DNA of 63,736 bases, filler included, from Reclinomonas americana ATCC 50394 (taxonomy: Eukaryota): assembly GCA_048213135.1 (NCBI GenBank). It is 5 parts of 2 records of this genome, joined end to end, with 100 filler letters (N's around TTAATTAATTAA, not from the genome) between each part and the next. Parts side by side here need not be neighbours in the genome. Positions count along the whole stretch, not along the records: positions 1 to 27,606 come from PS015142.1; 4 more parts are not named here. One strand, 5' to 3'. The position numbers and the translations under genes were made by a program. Under the pieces are notes generated by a model that saw only the letters and a program-made list of their open reading frames with translations, had not been told where the DNA came from and made no database searches. Below are positions 1-11,699 of the stretch, piece after piece (position 1 is the first letter of the stretch; every line of letters begins with the position of its first letter).

Positions 1-2878
1 CTCTCTCTCTCTGTGTCAGTCTTCTCTTTCGATGTCTCTCACTGGAGAGAGCGCACAGCGCTCGAATGTCGACGAGCTGAAGCAGGCACGAGCAGAGCTT
101 GTCAAGCAACGCATGCGCGCCGACTTGGCAGAAAAGGAGCTCGAGCAAGTCGCCACGATTGTTGACAATGCCGCGTCACGAGTTGAGCTTTGCCTCACTC
201 TCTCTCTCTTACACTGTCTGCGCCCAACTGCTGATGCGTTGTGTCGTAGGCTGAGTTGGCAGTGGCGCGGGCGACTCGGGCGGAGGAGGACAGTCGGGCG
301 ATTCGAGCGCGACTGGCCGACTTGCAGGCGCAGCATGTGCAGTTGGAGGCAGAGAAGGCGACGCAGCAAGGTCGTGCTGATGGGCTGGAGAAGGAGCTGG
401 TGGCGGCTAAGAAGGCGGCACGGAGCGCCGAGAAGCGCATTGTGGAGTCGCGACAGCAGATCTCATCGCTGGAGCAGTTGCGCTTGTCGGGTGCCTGTCT
501 GCCTGATGGTGGTGCTGATGGTTGGCGTGCAGCGAGAACTCTGCGCTGCAGCGGACCATCAGGCAACTGCAGGAGGAGGCCACGGAGCAGAACAAGTCGT
601 TGGAGTCGCTGGGGAAGGAGGTCAAGTCGATGCAAGATGCGCGATTGAAGACCAAGGCAGTTGCGTCTGCTTCTGCGTCTCTCTCTGATGGTGGGAAGGG
701 GCCGGTTGCTCACGTTGAATGGAATCGATGGAGTGCAGTTGAAAAAGGACATGGAAGAGCTCGGTCGTCGACTGGCCACCGCGGAAGACACGCTGCAGAG
801 GAGAACCGCCGAGCACGAGGCCGAACTTGCCCGTCGTCAACGCGAATGGTATGGAAGCGCGCACTGCATGGCTTGTGTCTGTGTGTGCGTGTGCTGTGAA
901 TGTGACATTCCTTGCGTACGTGCAGGGAGACGCAAGAAGCAGAACTGCGCGGTACGCTCAAGCTCCTCAAGGGTGCGTGACGAGAAGTGCCTCCAGACAA
1001 CGCTGTTCGGATTGTGAAGATAACAGTGATTGGTGTGCGCAGAGGAAAAGGCTCGCACGGCAGTGATTGTCAACACCAAGGAGAAGCGGATCGAGGAGCT
1101 GGCAGGCGAGGTGGACTCGGCACGCTCCACTGTTGCGCCTGTTTCTTGCTCCACGCAACAATGAGTCTCGCTGGTTACCGACGGAATGTGTGTGTGTTTG
1201 CAGGATTCGGCCACCAGAAACCGCACGGTGCACTTGGAGCAGAAAGTGGCGCAGCTGCAGNNNNNNNNNNNNNNNNNNNNNNNNNNNNNNNNNNNNNNNN
1301 NNNNNNNNNNNNNNNNNNNNNNNNNNNNNNNNNNNNNNNNNNNNNNNNNNNNNNNNNNNNNNNNNNNNNNNNNNNNNNNNNNNNNNNNNNNNNNNNNNNN
1401 NNNNNNNNNNNNNNNNNNNNNNNNNNNNNNNNNNNNNNNNNNNNNNNNNNNNNNNNNNNNNNNNNNNNNNNNNNNNNNNNNNNNNNNNNNNNNNNNNNNN
1501 NNNNNNNNNNNNNNNNNNNNNNNNNNNNNNNNNNNNNNNNNNNNNNNNNNNNNNNNNNNNNNNNNNNNNNNNNNNNNNNNNNNNNNNNNNNNNNNNNNNN
1601 NNNNNNNNNNNNNNNNNNTCTCTCTCTCTGTGTCAGTCTTCTCTTTCGCTGTCTCTCACTGGAGAGAGCGCACAGCGCTCGAATGTCGACGAGCTGAAGC
1701 AGGCACGAGCAGAGCTTGTCAAGCAACGCATGCGCGCCGACTTGGCAGAAAAGGAGCTCGAGCAAGTCGCCACGATTGTTGACAATGCCGCGTCACGAGT
1801 TGAGCTTTGCCTCTCTCTCTCTCTTACACTGTCTGCGCCCAGCTGCTGATGCGTTGTGTCGTAGGCTGAGTTGGCAGTGGCGCGGGCGACTCGGGCGGAG
1901 GAGGACAGTCGGGCGATTCGAGCGCGACTGGCCGACTTGCAGGCGCAGCATGTGCAGTTGGAGGCAGAGAAGGCGACGCAGCAGGGTCGTGCTGATGGGC
2001 TGGAGAAGGAGCTGGTGGCGGCCAAGAAGGCGGCACGGAGCGCCGAGAAGCGCATTGTGGAGTCGCGACAGCAGATCTCATCGCTGGAGCAGTTGCGCTT
2101 GTCGGGTGCCTGTCTGCCTGGTGGTGGTGCTGATGGTTGGCGTGCAGTGAGAACTCTGCGCTGCAACGGACCATCAGGCAACTGCAGGAGGAGGCCACGG
2201 AGCAGAACAAGTCGTTGGAGTCGCTGGGGAAGGAGGTCAAGTCGATGCAAGATGCGAGATTGAAGACCAAGGCAGTTGCGTCTGCGTCTGCGTCTCTCTC
2301 TGATGGTGGAAAGGGGCCGGTTGCTCACGTTGAATGGAATCGATGGAGTGCAGTTGAAAAAGGACATGGAAGAGCTCGGTCGTCGACTGGCCACCGCGGA
2401 AGAGACGCTGCAGAGGAGAACCGCCGAGCACGAGGCCGAACTTGCCCGTCGTCAACGCGAATGGTATGGAAGCGCGCACTGCATGGCGTGTACACGTGCG
2501 CGCATGTGCGTGCTGTGAGTGTGACATTCCTTGCGTGCGTACAGGGAGACACTAGAAGCAGAACTGCGCGGTACGCTCAAGCTCCTCAAGGGTGCGTGAC
2601 TAGATGTGCCTCCAGACAATGCTGTTCGGATTGTGATGATGACAGTGATTGGTGTGCGCAGAGGAAAAGGCCCGCACGGCAGTGATTGTCAACACCAAGG
2701 AGAAGCGGATCGAGGAGCTGGCAGGCGAGGTGGACTCGGCACGCTCCACTGTTGCGCCTGTTTCTGCTCCACGCAACAATGAGTCTCGCTGGTTACCGAC
2801 GGAACGTGTGTGTGTTTGCAGGACTCGGCCACCAGAAACCGCACTGTGCACTTGGAGCAGAAAGTGGCGCAGCTGCAA
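1..2878 (+). repeat. Near-identical direct duplication of ~1.26 kb (1-1260 and 1619-2878)
   Basis: The two blocks are collinear with scattered substitutions. Both start in a (CT)n tract and end at ...GCGCAGCTGCA followed by an N-gap. Confidence 0.95.
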
Positions 2879-4031
2879 NNNNNNNNNNNNNNNNNNNNNN
2901 NNNNNNNNNNNNNNNNNNNNNNNNNNNNNNNNNNNNNNNNNNNNNNNNNNNNNNNNNNNNNNNNNNNNNNNNNNNNNNNNNNNNNNNNNNNNNNNNNNNN
3001 NNNNNNNNNNNNNNNNNNNNNNNNNNNNNNNNNNNNNNNNNNNNNNNNNNNNNNNNNNNNNNNNNNNNNNNNNNNNNNNNNNNNNNNNNNNNNNNNNNNN
3101 NNNNNNNNNNNNNNNNNNNNNNNNNNNNNNNNNNNNNNNNNNNNNNNNNNNNNNNNNNNNNNNNNNNNNNNNNNNNNNNNNNNNNNNNNNNNNNNNNNNN
3201 NNNNNNNNNNNNNNNNNNNNNNNNNNNNNNNNNNNNNNNNNNNNNNNNNNNNNNNNNNNNNNNNNNNNNNNNNNNNNNNNNNNNNNNNNNNNNNNNNNNN
3301 NNNNNNNNNNNNNNNNNNNNNNNNNNNNNNNNNNNNNNNNNNNNNNNNNNNNNNNNNNNNNNNNNNNNNNNNNNNNNNNNNNNNNNNNNNNNNNNNNNNN
3401 NNNNNNNNNNNNNNNNNNNNNNNNNNNNNNNNNNNNNNNNNNNNNNNNNNNNNNNNNNNNNNNNNNNNNNNNNNNNNNNNNNNNNNNNNNNNNNNNNNNN
3501 NNNNNNNNNNNNNNNNNNNNNNNNNNNNNNNNNNNNNNNNNNNNNNNNNNNNNNNNNNNNNNNNNNNNNNNNNNNNNNNNNNNNNNNNNNNNNNNNNNNN
3601 NNNNNNNNNNNNNNNNNNNNNNNNNNNNNNNAGTGCACTGGCCGAGTCGCAGCGACGGATCCGCGAAGAGGAGAAGCTCGACTTGCGTGCCCGTGTCCAA
3701 CTACTCGAGGCGCAACTGCAGCGGGAGCGACACAGTCGACGCAAGGTGGGGTGGCTCGTGTGCGAGCCTCCCCCCTCCTATGGTGTACGCTGATTTTTGT
3801 GGTGCCTGACAGCAGATGGCGTCTGCTGTTGAACGCCTCTTCTCCATGCACGACGAGCAAGGACAGCTCCTGACAGAGCTCTCCGCCTTTACGAATTATG
3901 TGGAAGCGGAGGTGCATTCTTGTTTCGCGTCGCCTCTCCCTCACAGCGTGGCGGTGATCTCATGAGGTTGAGCGTGCAGTCTTCCCTGGCAGCCGAAGTG
4001 ACAGTGCAGCAGCACGACAGAGACGACGGCG
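1..4031 (+). CDS. Large coiled-coil protein, partial and multi-exon; may continue into 4811-5875
   Basis: Phase-compatible GT-AG introns (e.g. 477-532, 660-738, 1132-1203) join heptad-rich exons: ELKQARAELVKQRMRADLAEKELEQ / AELAVARATRAEEDSRAIRARLADLQ / HENSALQRTIRQLQEE / LKKDMEELGRRLATAE. No recognisable domain. Interrupted by N-gaps. Confidence 0.65.
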
Positions 4032-4810
4032 NNNNNNNNNNNNNNNNNNNNNNNNNNNNNNNNNNNNNNNNNNNNNNNNNNNNNNNNNNNNNNNNNNNNN
4101 NNNNNNNNNNNNNNNNNNNNNNNNNNNNNNNNNNNNNNNNNNNNNNNNNNNNNNNNNNNNNNNNNNNNNNNNNNNNNNNNNNNNNNNNNNNNNNNNNNNN
4201 NNNNNNNNNNNNNNNNNNNNNNNNNNNNNNNNNNNNNNNNNNNNNNNNNNNNNNNNNNNNNNNNNNNNNNNNNNNNNNNNNNNNNNNNNNNNNNNNNNNN
4301 NNNNNNNNNNNNNNNNNNNNNNNNNNNNNNNNNNNNNNNNNNNNNNNNNNNNNNNNNNNNNNNNNNNNNNNNNNNNNNNNNNNNNNNNNNNNNNNNNNNN
4401 NNNNNNNNNNNNNNNNNNNNNNNNNNNNNNNNNNNNNNNNNNNNNNNNNNNNNNNNNNNNNNNNNNNNNNNNNNNNNNNNNNNNNNNNNNNNNNNNNNNN
4501 NNNNNNNNNNNNNNNNNNNNNNNNNNNNNNNNNNNNNNNNNNNNNNNNNNNNNNNNNNNNNNNNNNNNNNNNNNNNNNNNNNNNNNNNNNNNNNNNNNNN
4601 NNNNNNNNNNNNNNNNNNNNNNNNNNNNNNNNNNNNNNNNNNNNNNNNNNNNNNNNNNNNNNNNNNNNNNNNNNNNNNNNNNNNNNNNNNNNNNNNNNNN
4701 NNNNNNNNNNNNNNNNNNNNNNNNNNNNNNNNNNNNNNNNNNNNNNNNNNNNNNNNNNNNNNNNNNNNNNNNNNNNNNNNNNNNNNNNNNNNNNNNNNNN
4801 NNNNNNNNNN

Positions 4811-5875
4811 TGCGACATCGAGAGCACTCACAGTTGTCCACCACAATGTGCGTACCGCCGTCGCCGACTTCTTCCTCGGTAACACTTTGTGATTGATTCT
4901 TCGTGCAGTCGAGCACCATCATCATCATCGCAGCAGCAGGAGCAAGCGTTCGTGCAACAGGAGCAGCAACCGCAACAACAACATCAATTGCACCCACAGC
5001 ATTACACACAAGGGAGCTTTATCGTGCACGAGAGCAGCAGCTTTGGCGACGGTGTGTGTGTGTGTGTTCGTGTCTCTGCACCTGGCGGAATGTGTGGCTG
5101 AACAGGAGCGTGCATGTGCGCAGAATACTCGGCCGAGGGCAGCGGCGACTCGACAACGTCGCCGCCGGCGCTGGGTGGCTACTTGGAGAGCGGGCACGGA
5201 CGCGGTGCTCGCGGCAATCCGTATGCCAATCGTGCGGCGGTGGCGGCGGCGGACGGCAGCGAGGGTCCGCTGGCCAATCTCCTATCGCTCCAGCATTCGG
5301 CTGGTATCTCGCCGCCACGACATGTACAAAAGCAACAACAACTACAACAACAGCAGCAGCAGCAACAACAATATTATTCGTCACAATCGTCGCCACCCCA
5401 CCAACACGGTTACATGGACGAGTCGGCCGATCAGCGCACCGAGTTTGACAGCGAAGAGGACTACATTGCGCATCTGCGGTCGGGCACTGGCGGCGGCGGT
5501 GGTGGTGGCAACACCCGTGCACCGGTGATTGTTCGCGGACCCACACTGCAGCCGACACACCAGTCCCCAGCTCGCGCCTCCGCGGGCTCACACTTCGGTG
5601 TCGGCAGCGCACACTCGCCCGGCGTAATCGACGTGCTGGCGCGCGTGCGAGCCACGGCCGCTGCCGCTGTTGCCGCCGGCAGTGGGACCACAACTACGGC
5701 ATCACCAGCAGCAGCAACAGCAACACCACCAGCAGTGGCCACACGACCAGCGGTCGCTGTCTTCCGCGGCAGTGGCCCAAGTCCGTCGCTGGTGACTGGC
5801 ACCGAGAGCGCGGCTGCACTCGCTCGCCAGCACCTGCTTCAGCACCATCAACGACCGCAGTCCTCGGGTCTGTAA
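4811..5875 (+). CDS. Low-complexity Q/G/A/S-rich C-terminal exons of an unknown protein
   Basis: Open frame 5114-5875 with polyQ and polyG ends in TAA. An upstream Q-rich exon (~4910-5050) is bounded by plausible splice sites. Confidence 0.5.
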
Positions 5876-6055
5876 CCACCACAGCTGAATAGTGGTGGCG
5901 GAGGTGGTCGCCAACGGGCGTCAGTCTCACCGCCAAACCAGCAGCAACGCGGTCGCACTCGCTGAGACAAATGAATGGACAATTGAATTGAGCGAGCGTC
6001 CCGCGTTTTGTGTTTTTGTGCGTGAGAGAGAGCGCGCGCGAGTTGAACCCTATGA

Positions 6056-9000
6056 ATGGAGTTGCTCACGGGGGAGCAGCGGGCAGTGGTGCTCTCTGAG
6101 CATGACGCTGTGTTTGTCTCAGCGGGCCCCGGTGCTGGTGAGAGAGAGAGAGTTTTGTCTGTGAGTGCAAGAGTGTGTGAATGTGTGACAACTCGCAGGC
6201 AAGACGCGCACCATCACATATCGTGTGGCGCACTTGTTGGCTTCTACTCCTCGACAAGTATCTGCAAAGGCGGAGATCTACTGCATCACATTCACCAACA
6301 GAGCTGTGCGTGTGTGTCTCTTCTCCACTCTCTCTCTCTCTCTCATTGCTTGTGCTCATCTGAATGTTCGCAGGCGCGTGAGATGCAAGAACGACTGAGA
6401 CAAGTGTATCGATCGCACACGGACGACGAGCAGCGTGTGTATGTCGGAACGTTTCATCAGGTGTGTGTGAGAGAGAGAGATTGATTGATTGATGACGGTG
6501 CATTGATTGCTGTCACAGTTGGCGTTGTCGTTGCTGCGTGAATTTGGGGCCTCGGTGGGCCTGGTGCCGCGTCGATTCTCGCTCGTGACTGGTGAGTGCG
6601 GTGTCGTCGCCCTCGTGTGCATTGCCCTGCGCATGCGTCGCCGATGCGAGAATTGTTCATTGGTGCAGATGAGCGGCAGCGAGAGTGCGTGCAGAGTGTG
6701 CTTGAAAAGCACGGTCTTGCGGAGGAGGTTTCGTGCGCTGAAGGTACTCTTTCATTTCCTCCTGCCGCGTGGTGTGTGCTGTTGCTCATTACATCACTCC
6801 GCGCGACAGTGTTGCACGAAATCTCCTTGGCCAAAAACCACTTTCACGACCCGCCGTACATGCAGCGCTCCATGGACGCTCAGGTGAGCCTCATGGGTGA
6901 CCTGTACGCCGAATACGAGACATGGGTTGCGTTGTTCATGCACACTGTGCACATGCCTCCTGTTCCGTGACTCTGATCGACATTGGACGAGTGCAGAAGG
7001 ATGCCGAGTATGTGCTGGACTTTGATGACTTGCTGCTGCGCTGCATTCGCATGTTGCAGCGACACGAGCCACTGCGACAGGTCATCAGCGAGCGCATACA
7101 CCATCTCATCGTGGACGAGTTCCAGGACACCAACGCCATGCAGGTGGAGCTGGCATTTCTCTTGTGCCACGCACACCGTCGATTCATGGCTGTCGGCGAC
7201 CTCGACCAGAGTGTGTATCAGTGGCGGTGAGCAACCAAGCCTTCCTCCGTTCATTGCTGCATCACTCGCACACTCACTCGCACACCTCTGGCATGCGCAG
7301 GTTCGCGGATCCCACCAACGTGACCAAGATTGTCGCGCACTTTCCGCGCCTGCGTCACATGCCACTGAGTTACAACTTTCGCTGCACCGGCAGCATCCTC
7401 ACTGCATCGCGTCGCCTGGTCGAATCGTGCCCCGAACGGCGCAAGCAGACTCGCACACCGGGGCTGGCCTCCGTCATTGGTGAGTCGCTTCAGGTCACAT
7501 GATCACCGCCGTGGCTCACCTTTTTTCGTATGCAGTTGGTGGTGTCTCCTTTCGCACCACCAACGACGAGGGAGAAGCTGTGCGTGTGGTCCACTGCCTC
7601 ACGCTGCACGACGCGGCGTCGATGATCATTCGGAGTATTCAACGCACGCGACTGAGTGCAGGCGCCTCGCCGCCCGACTACGGCAATTTTGCCATCTTGT
7701 GTCGGTCTGTCGTCGTCCCTGTGTCGCGATCGCGCTCGCGTAGGAGACTGACCATGTGCGTCGCAGAATCAATGCCGACGCGGCAATGCTGGCCAACATG
7801 ATAGCCACCGAGGGTGGCATACCGGTGCAGACCACGTCATCCGGCTCCATTGCGTCGCACCCGCTGACAATCAAGCTCCTTTCGTTTCTGCGACTGCTTG
7901 TCGACTCGACCGATCTGTCGGCGTTTTGTATTGCGGTGCGTGCGGTACCGATGCTGGTCTCTTTCTCTCTCTATCTCCCTCCTTCGTGTGCTAACAAGGA
8001 AGCAGATCCACGTGCCGTGTCGCTTGCTGGTGGACGAGGAGGTCGAAGAGATTGTGGAGCTGGCCAAACAGTGCGAGCAGTCTGTTGTGGAGGCAGTGCG
8101 GACCGTGGCAGCGGGTCAGCTGGTGGCACAGTACCCTCCCGAGTCAGACGTGCATGCTGCATGCGTCCGACTGAGTGCGGCTCTCGAGGCGGCGCAGTCG
8201 GTGCTTAACCAGCAGGCGGCAGCGGCGCCGCCCACCGTGCACGATGCCCTGAAGTGCCTGGTGGTGCGCCTGATTTTTCTGTTGTACACCAGTGGCATGT
8301 ATTGATCGCGATCCGCGTGCAGGAGGTTCTCGAGGTGCCAGTTGACGACGACGACGACATTATTGGCGAGCTGCTCGACATTGCTCACGGATTCAAGCGG
8401 CCTGCCCTCGCGGTGAGCTCAGCACGACGGCTACAGGGGTAGTCGTCGACAATCGGTCGTCTGACACGCACATGTCGACAGGAAGGTGACGCAGGAGTGG
8501 TGTGCGTGGAAGAGTTCCTCAGCCACATGCAGACACTGAGCAGCGCCGATGTCTCGTGGTCCAAGTCGCGGGTGTGCGTGTCGGTGAGTGGTGGCGCATG
8601 TGATCACACTGTTGTTGCTGTGATTGAACGACTCACTGTCTGCCTGCCGCAGACCATCCACGCCGCCAAGGGTCTCGAGTGGCCACACGTCTTTGTGGCG
8701 GGTGTGGTGGAGACACGCATTCCGCACCGTCGGGCCGCCACAGCCGAGCAGATTGCCGAGGAGCGACGGCTGCTCTACGTGGCCATCACACGGGCGCGAC
8801 AATCGCTGCGCCTCCTCACACACGTGTTCCAGGAGGAGCCCGACGATGCAGACGATCGTGGCAATGTGTCGGGCGATCGAGGAGCGCGACTGCGGCGATC
8901 GCGGTTTCTCCGCGATCTGCCCTCCGACCGTGTGCACCAGTCGGTGACGCGAGCCTGGAAGCACTGGGCGAGCACTTGTCGGCACTCTCGCCGGGCACGG

Positions 9001-9402
9001 AGCAGGCGTGGTGGCCGCGCCGACGCGGGAGATCGCGCCCTCCTTCACGACATTGATTCTGCAGACGACGTCGACGACGATGATGCTGATGATGATGATG
9101 GCGGCGAGGGTGACAAGGAAGGTGACGATGATCGTGATCTGGAGGGTCTTGCGGTCGAAGACCCAGACGACGACGACGAGGAGGAGGAGCAGGAGGAGCA
9201 GGAGATCGAGGAGGCGGAAGATCTCCACATGCATGTTGGATTTGTGAGTGCACGAAGTGCACTGGCCATGCCGGCCGATGACGATTCGGCTGACGCATTC
9301 ATCACCGCCGCCGGCACCACACTGGGTCGACGGCGCAGCCGGCCCGAGGACACCGACACGCAACCCAACACAAAAAAGCAAAATAGTAGCCGTTACACTT
9401 GA
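6056..9402 (+). CDS. Superfamily 1A DNA helicase, UvrD/PcrA/Rep/Srs2 family, multi-exon, acidic C-terminal tail
   Basis: Spliced motifs in the correct order: AGPGAGKT (I), ITFTNRAAREMQERL (Ia), GTFHQ, LIVDEFQD (II), VGDLDQSVYQWR (III), NFRCTGSIL (IV), STIHAAKGLEW (V), EERRLLYVAITRAR (VI). Stop TGA at 9402. Confidence 0.95.
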
Positions 9403-9458
9403 ATTTTCATGCTACTCTTTCGCGCTTAAAAGTGGTTTGTGCGGCAATCTTCATCCCC

Positions 9459-11556
9459 ATGCGTACCACTGGTGTGCTTCTTGTCGTGGTGGCACTGGTG
9501 TGCCTCAGTGCACTGCATGCATCGGCGGCGTTGCAGGTGTGTGTGTGGCGCGCGTGTGTGTGTGCGTGTGAGCTCCAGAGAGATATGCGAGGGAAAACTG
9601 CTGGGATTGTTTCGCGCGCAATCTGAGGGGGAAGGCCCTCGCATGCACACAAAGATCTCACCGCGTGTGTGCATGCACACACACATACACAGCTGCCCGG
9701 TGTCACTATGCTGACACCGCAGAACTTCCACAAGTCAATGAAGGACAGTGCGTGGCTCGTCGGCTACACTGACGAGAAGGGCGAATGCACGGTGAGACAC
9801 ACACACGCGCTCTCTCTCCCACAGAGAGAGAAAGATGTGTGCTCACACTNNNNNNNNNNNNNNNNNNNNCGTGAGCAAACAGCGAGCGAATGTGGAGTCT
9901 CCGCGCGAGGGTGAAACGCAACGTGGCCATGGACTTGACCCACTCGAGCAGCGGGCCAGCCTCCAGGCGCACCATGGAGATGCCGAACATGGGCGAGTCG
10001 TGGCCACCCTGCCACCTGCGCGCACCACGTTGGTGAGCGCGAGAGCGCCACACACACACACGCGCGCACACACACATACACGAACCAGCGCACGTTGCCG
10101 ACGGGGAACACCTCGCTCTTGCAAAAGTCGGCATATGTGGTGCAATCAATGGCACCGAGCTTCACATTCTTGGGCAGCTTGGGCGCGACCTCAGGCAGCA
10201 GGCGGTTCACCACGCGGCAACCCTGTGTGGTTTACAGNNNNNNNNNNNNNNNNNNNNNNNNNNNNNNNNNNNNNNNNNNNNNNNNNNNNNNNNNNNNNNN
10301 NNNNNNNNNNNNNNNNNNNNNNNNNNNNNNNNNNNNNNNNNNNNNNNNNNNNNNNNNNNNNNNNNNNNNNNNNNNNNNNNNNNNNNNNNNNNNNNNNNNN
10401 NNNNNNNNNNNNNNNNNNNNNNNNNNNNNNNNNNNNNNNNNNNNNNNNNNNCCGAGTGAGGCACACACACACAGTCCGCCGGCCATGAAGTCGCGCGAGG
10501 AGATCAAGGCTCACAGCCTGTGGGAGTCCGGCCCGCTGACGCTGGTGCGCACCAGTGCCGCTCAGTACGGCTTCCTGACCAACAACAACCTGGCCAAGGT
10601 GGACGCTGGCATTGTTACGTGACAACAGTCTCCATCTATCTCTCTCTCTTCTTTGCTATGTTTCTCATGACAATGGACAACAGCAATTTGTGGCCTCGTA
10701 CGCTGCTGGTGCCACCCCGCGTCTGCAGAACTTTGCCTTCTACGACGGCGACCTCAATGAGATTGCCGCGGACTTGAACCGCACTGGTCTTGCGACTCTC
10801 GGTCAGACCTGCGCGTCTCCCGACGCTCTGATCATCAATTTCAACGGCGTTCACGTGTGGTGCGGTGGCCTGCAGGCGGTGCGTCGCATTTCCCTCGTTG
10901 TTGTGTCCTTCTCTCTCCGCCACTGAAAAACGACACAACAATAGACCACTCTGCGTCCGTGGCTGCTGGCCAACGCGTCGCCGCAGATTGCTCCCTTCTC
11001 GTCGGCCAACATTGCGCTGCTTAAGAATCTGGCTGGTGCGTATAAAATATGTGTGTGTACCACGTGACGATGCGCTCACTCACTCATCCTTTCGTGTCTC
11101 GCCACAGGCGCTCAGAACACCGGTCGCGTGTACGGCATTGTGGTGCCGGAGAACTTTGACGCCTCGGGACCTGCGTTGCGTTCCACCCACTGCTCTCGCG
11201 CAGTGCTGCCCGCGGTGCCATACTGACATGTACATGTTGTGTGAATGCACCCGCAGCATTCGCAAGGCCCTCGCTACGGCGCTGAAGGAGTTCCCCGACC
11301 GCTGCTTCATCTACGGCAAGGCCGCTGGTTTCCGCCAGGTTAATGCCACCACCCCTCTGCGCACAGTCTCTCCCGTGTGGCTGACTCGTCGCCTCTCCTG
11401 TGTGTCGTTCTGCAGTACTCGCACGCGTACGAGATGAGCGTCGATCAACCGTCGTACATTGCCGTCTCGCGCCCGCGCTGGCAGGAGCCGAACATCAAGA
11501 CCGTGCCGTCGGTCACCGCCAACGACTTCCTGGCCTTCCTCAAGGAGAACCCGTAG
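9459..11556 (+). CDS. Secreted thioredoxin-fold/PDI-like protein with CxxC = CTGC; two exons lie inverted at 9870-10237
   Basis: Signal peptide MRTTGVLLVVVALVCLSALHASAA, then VTMLTPQNFHKSMKDSAWLVGYTDEKGECT. This splices to minus-strand GCRVVNRLLPEVAPKLPKNVKLGAIDC and returns in phase to the plus strand at ~10474. Ends FLKENP-TAG with no KDEL. Confidence 0.75.
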
Positions 11557-11699
11557 AATGGGTCGTCCTTCCCTCTTTGTGTACACTGTGGCCTCTCTCC
11601 GGGAGGTTCGCTTGTGACACAGAGCTCGAACAAGGAGAAAAAATGAATCCAGGAAACAAGAAAAAACATCGGTGCTTGACATACATTCACATTGTTTGG

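Noticed and set aside
987-5009. Long ORFs in the track spanning N-runs (also near 13000, 21500, 35500, 37500, 43100)
   Set aside because: Their length is an artefact of X translation through gaps.
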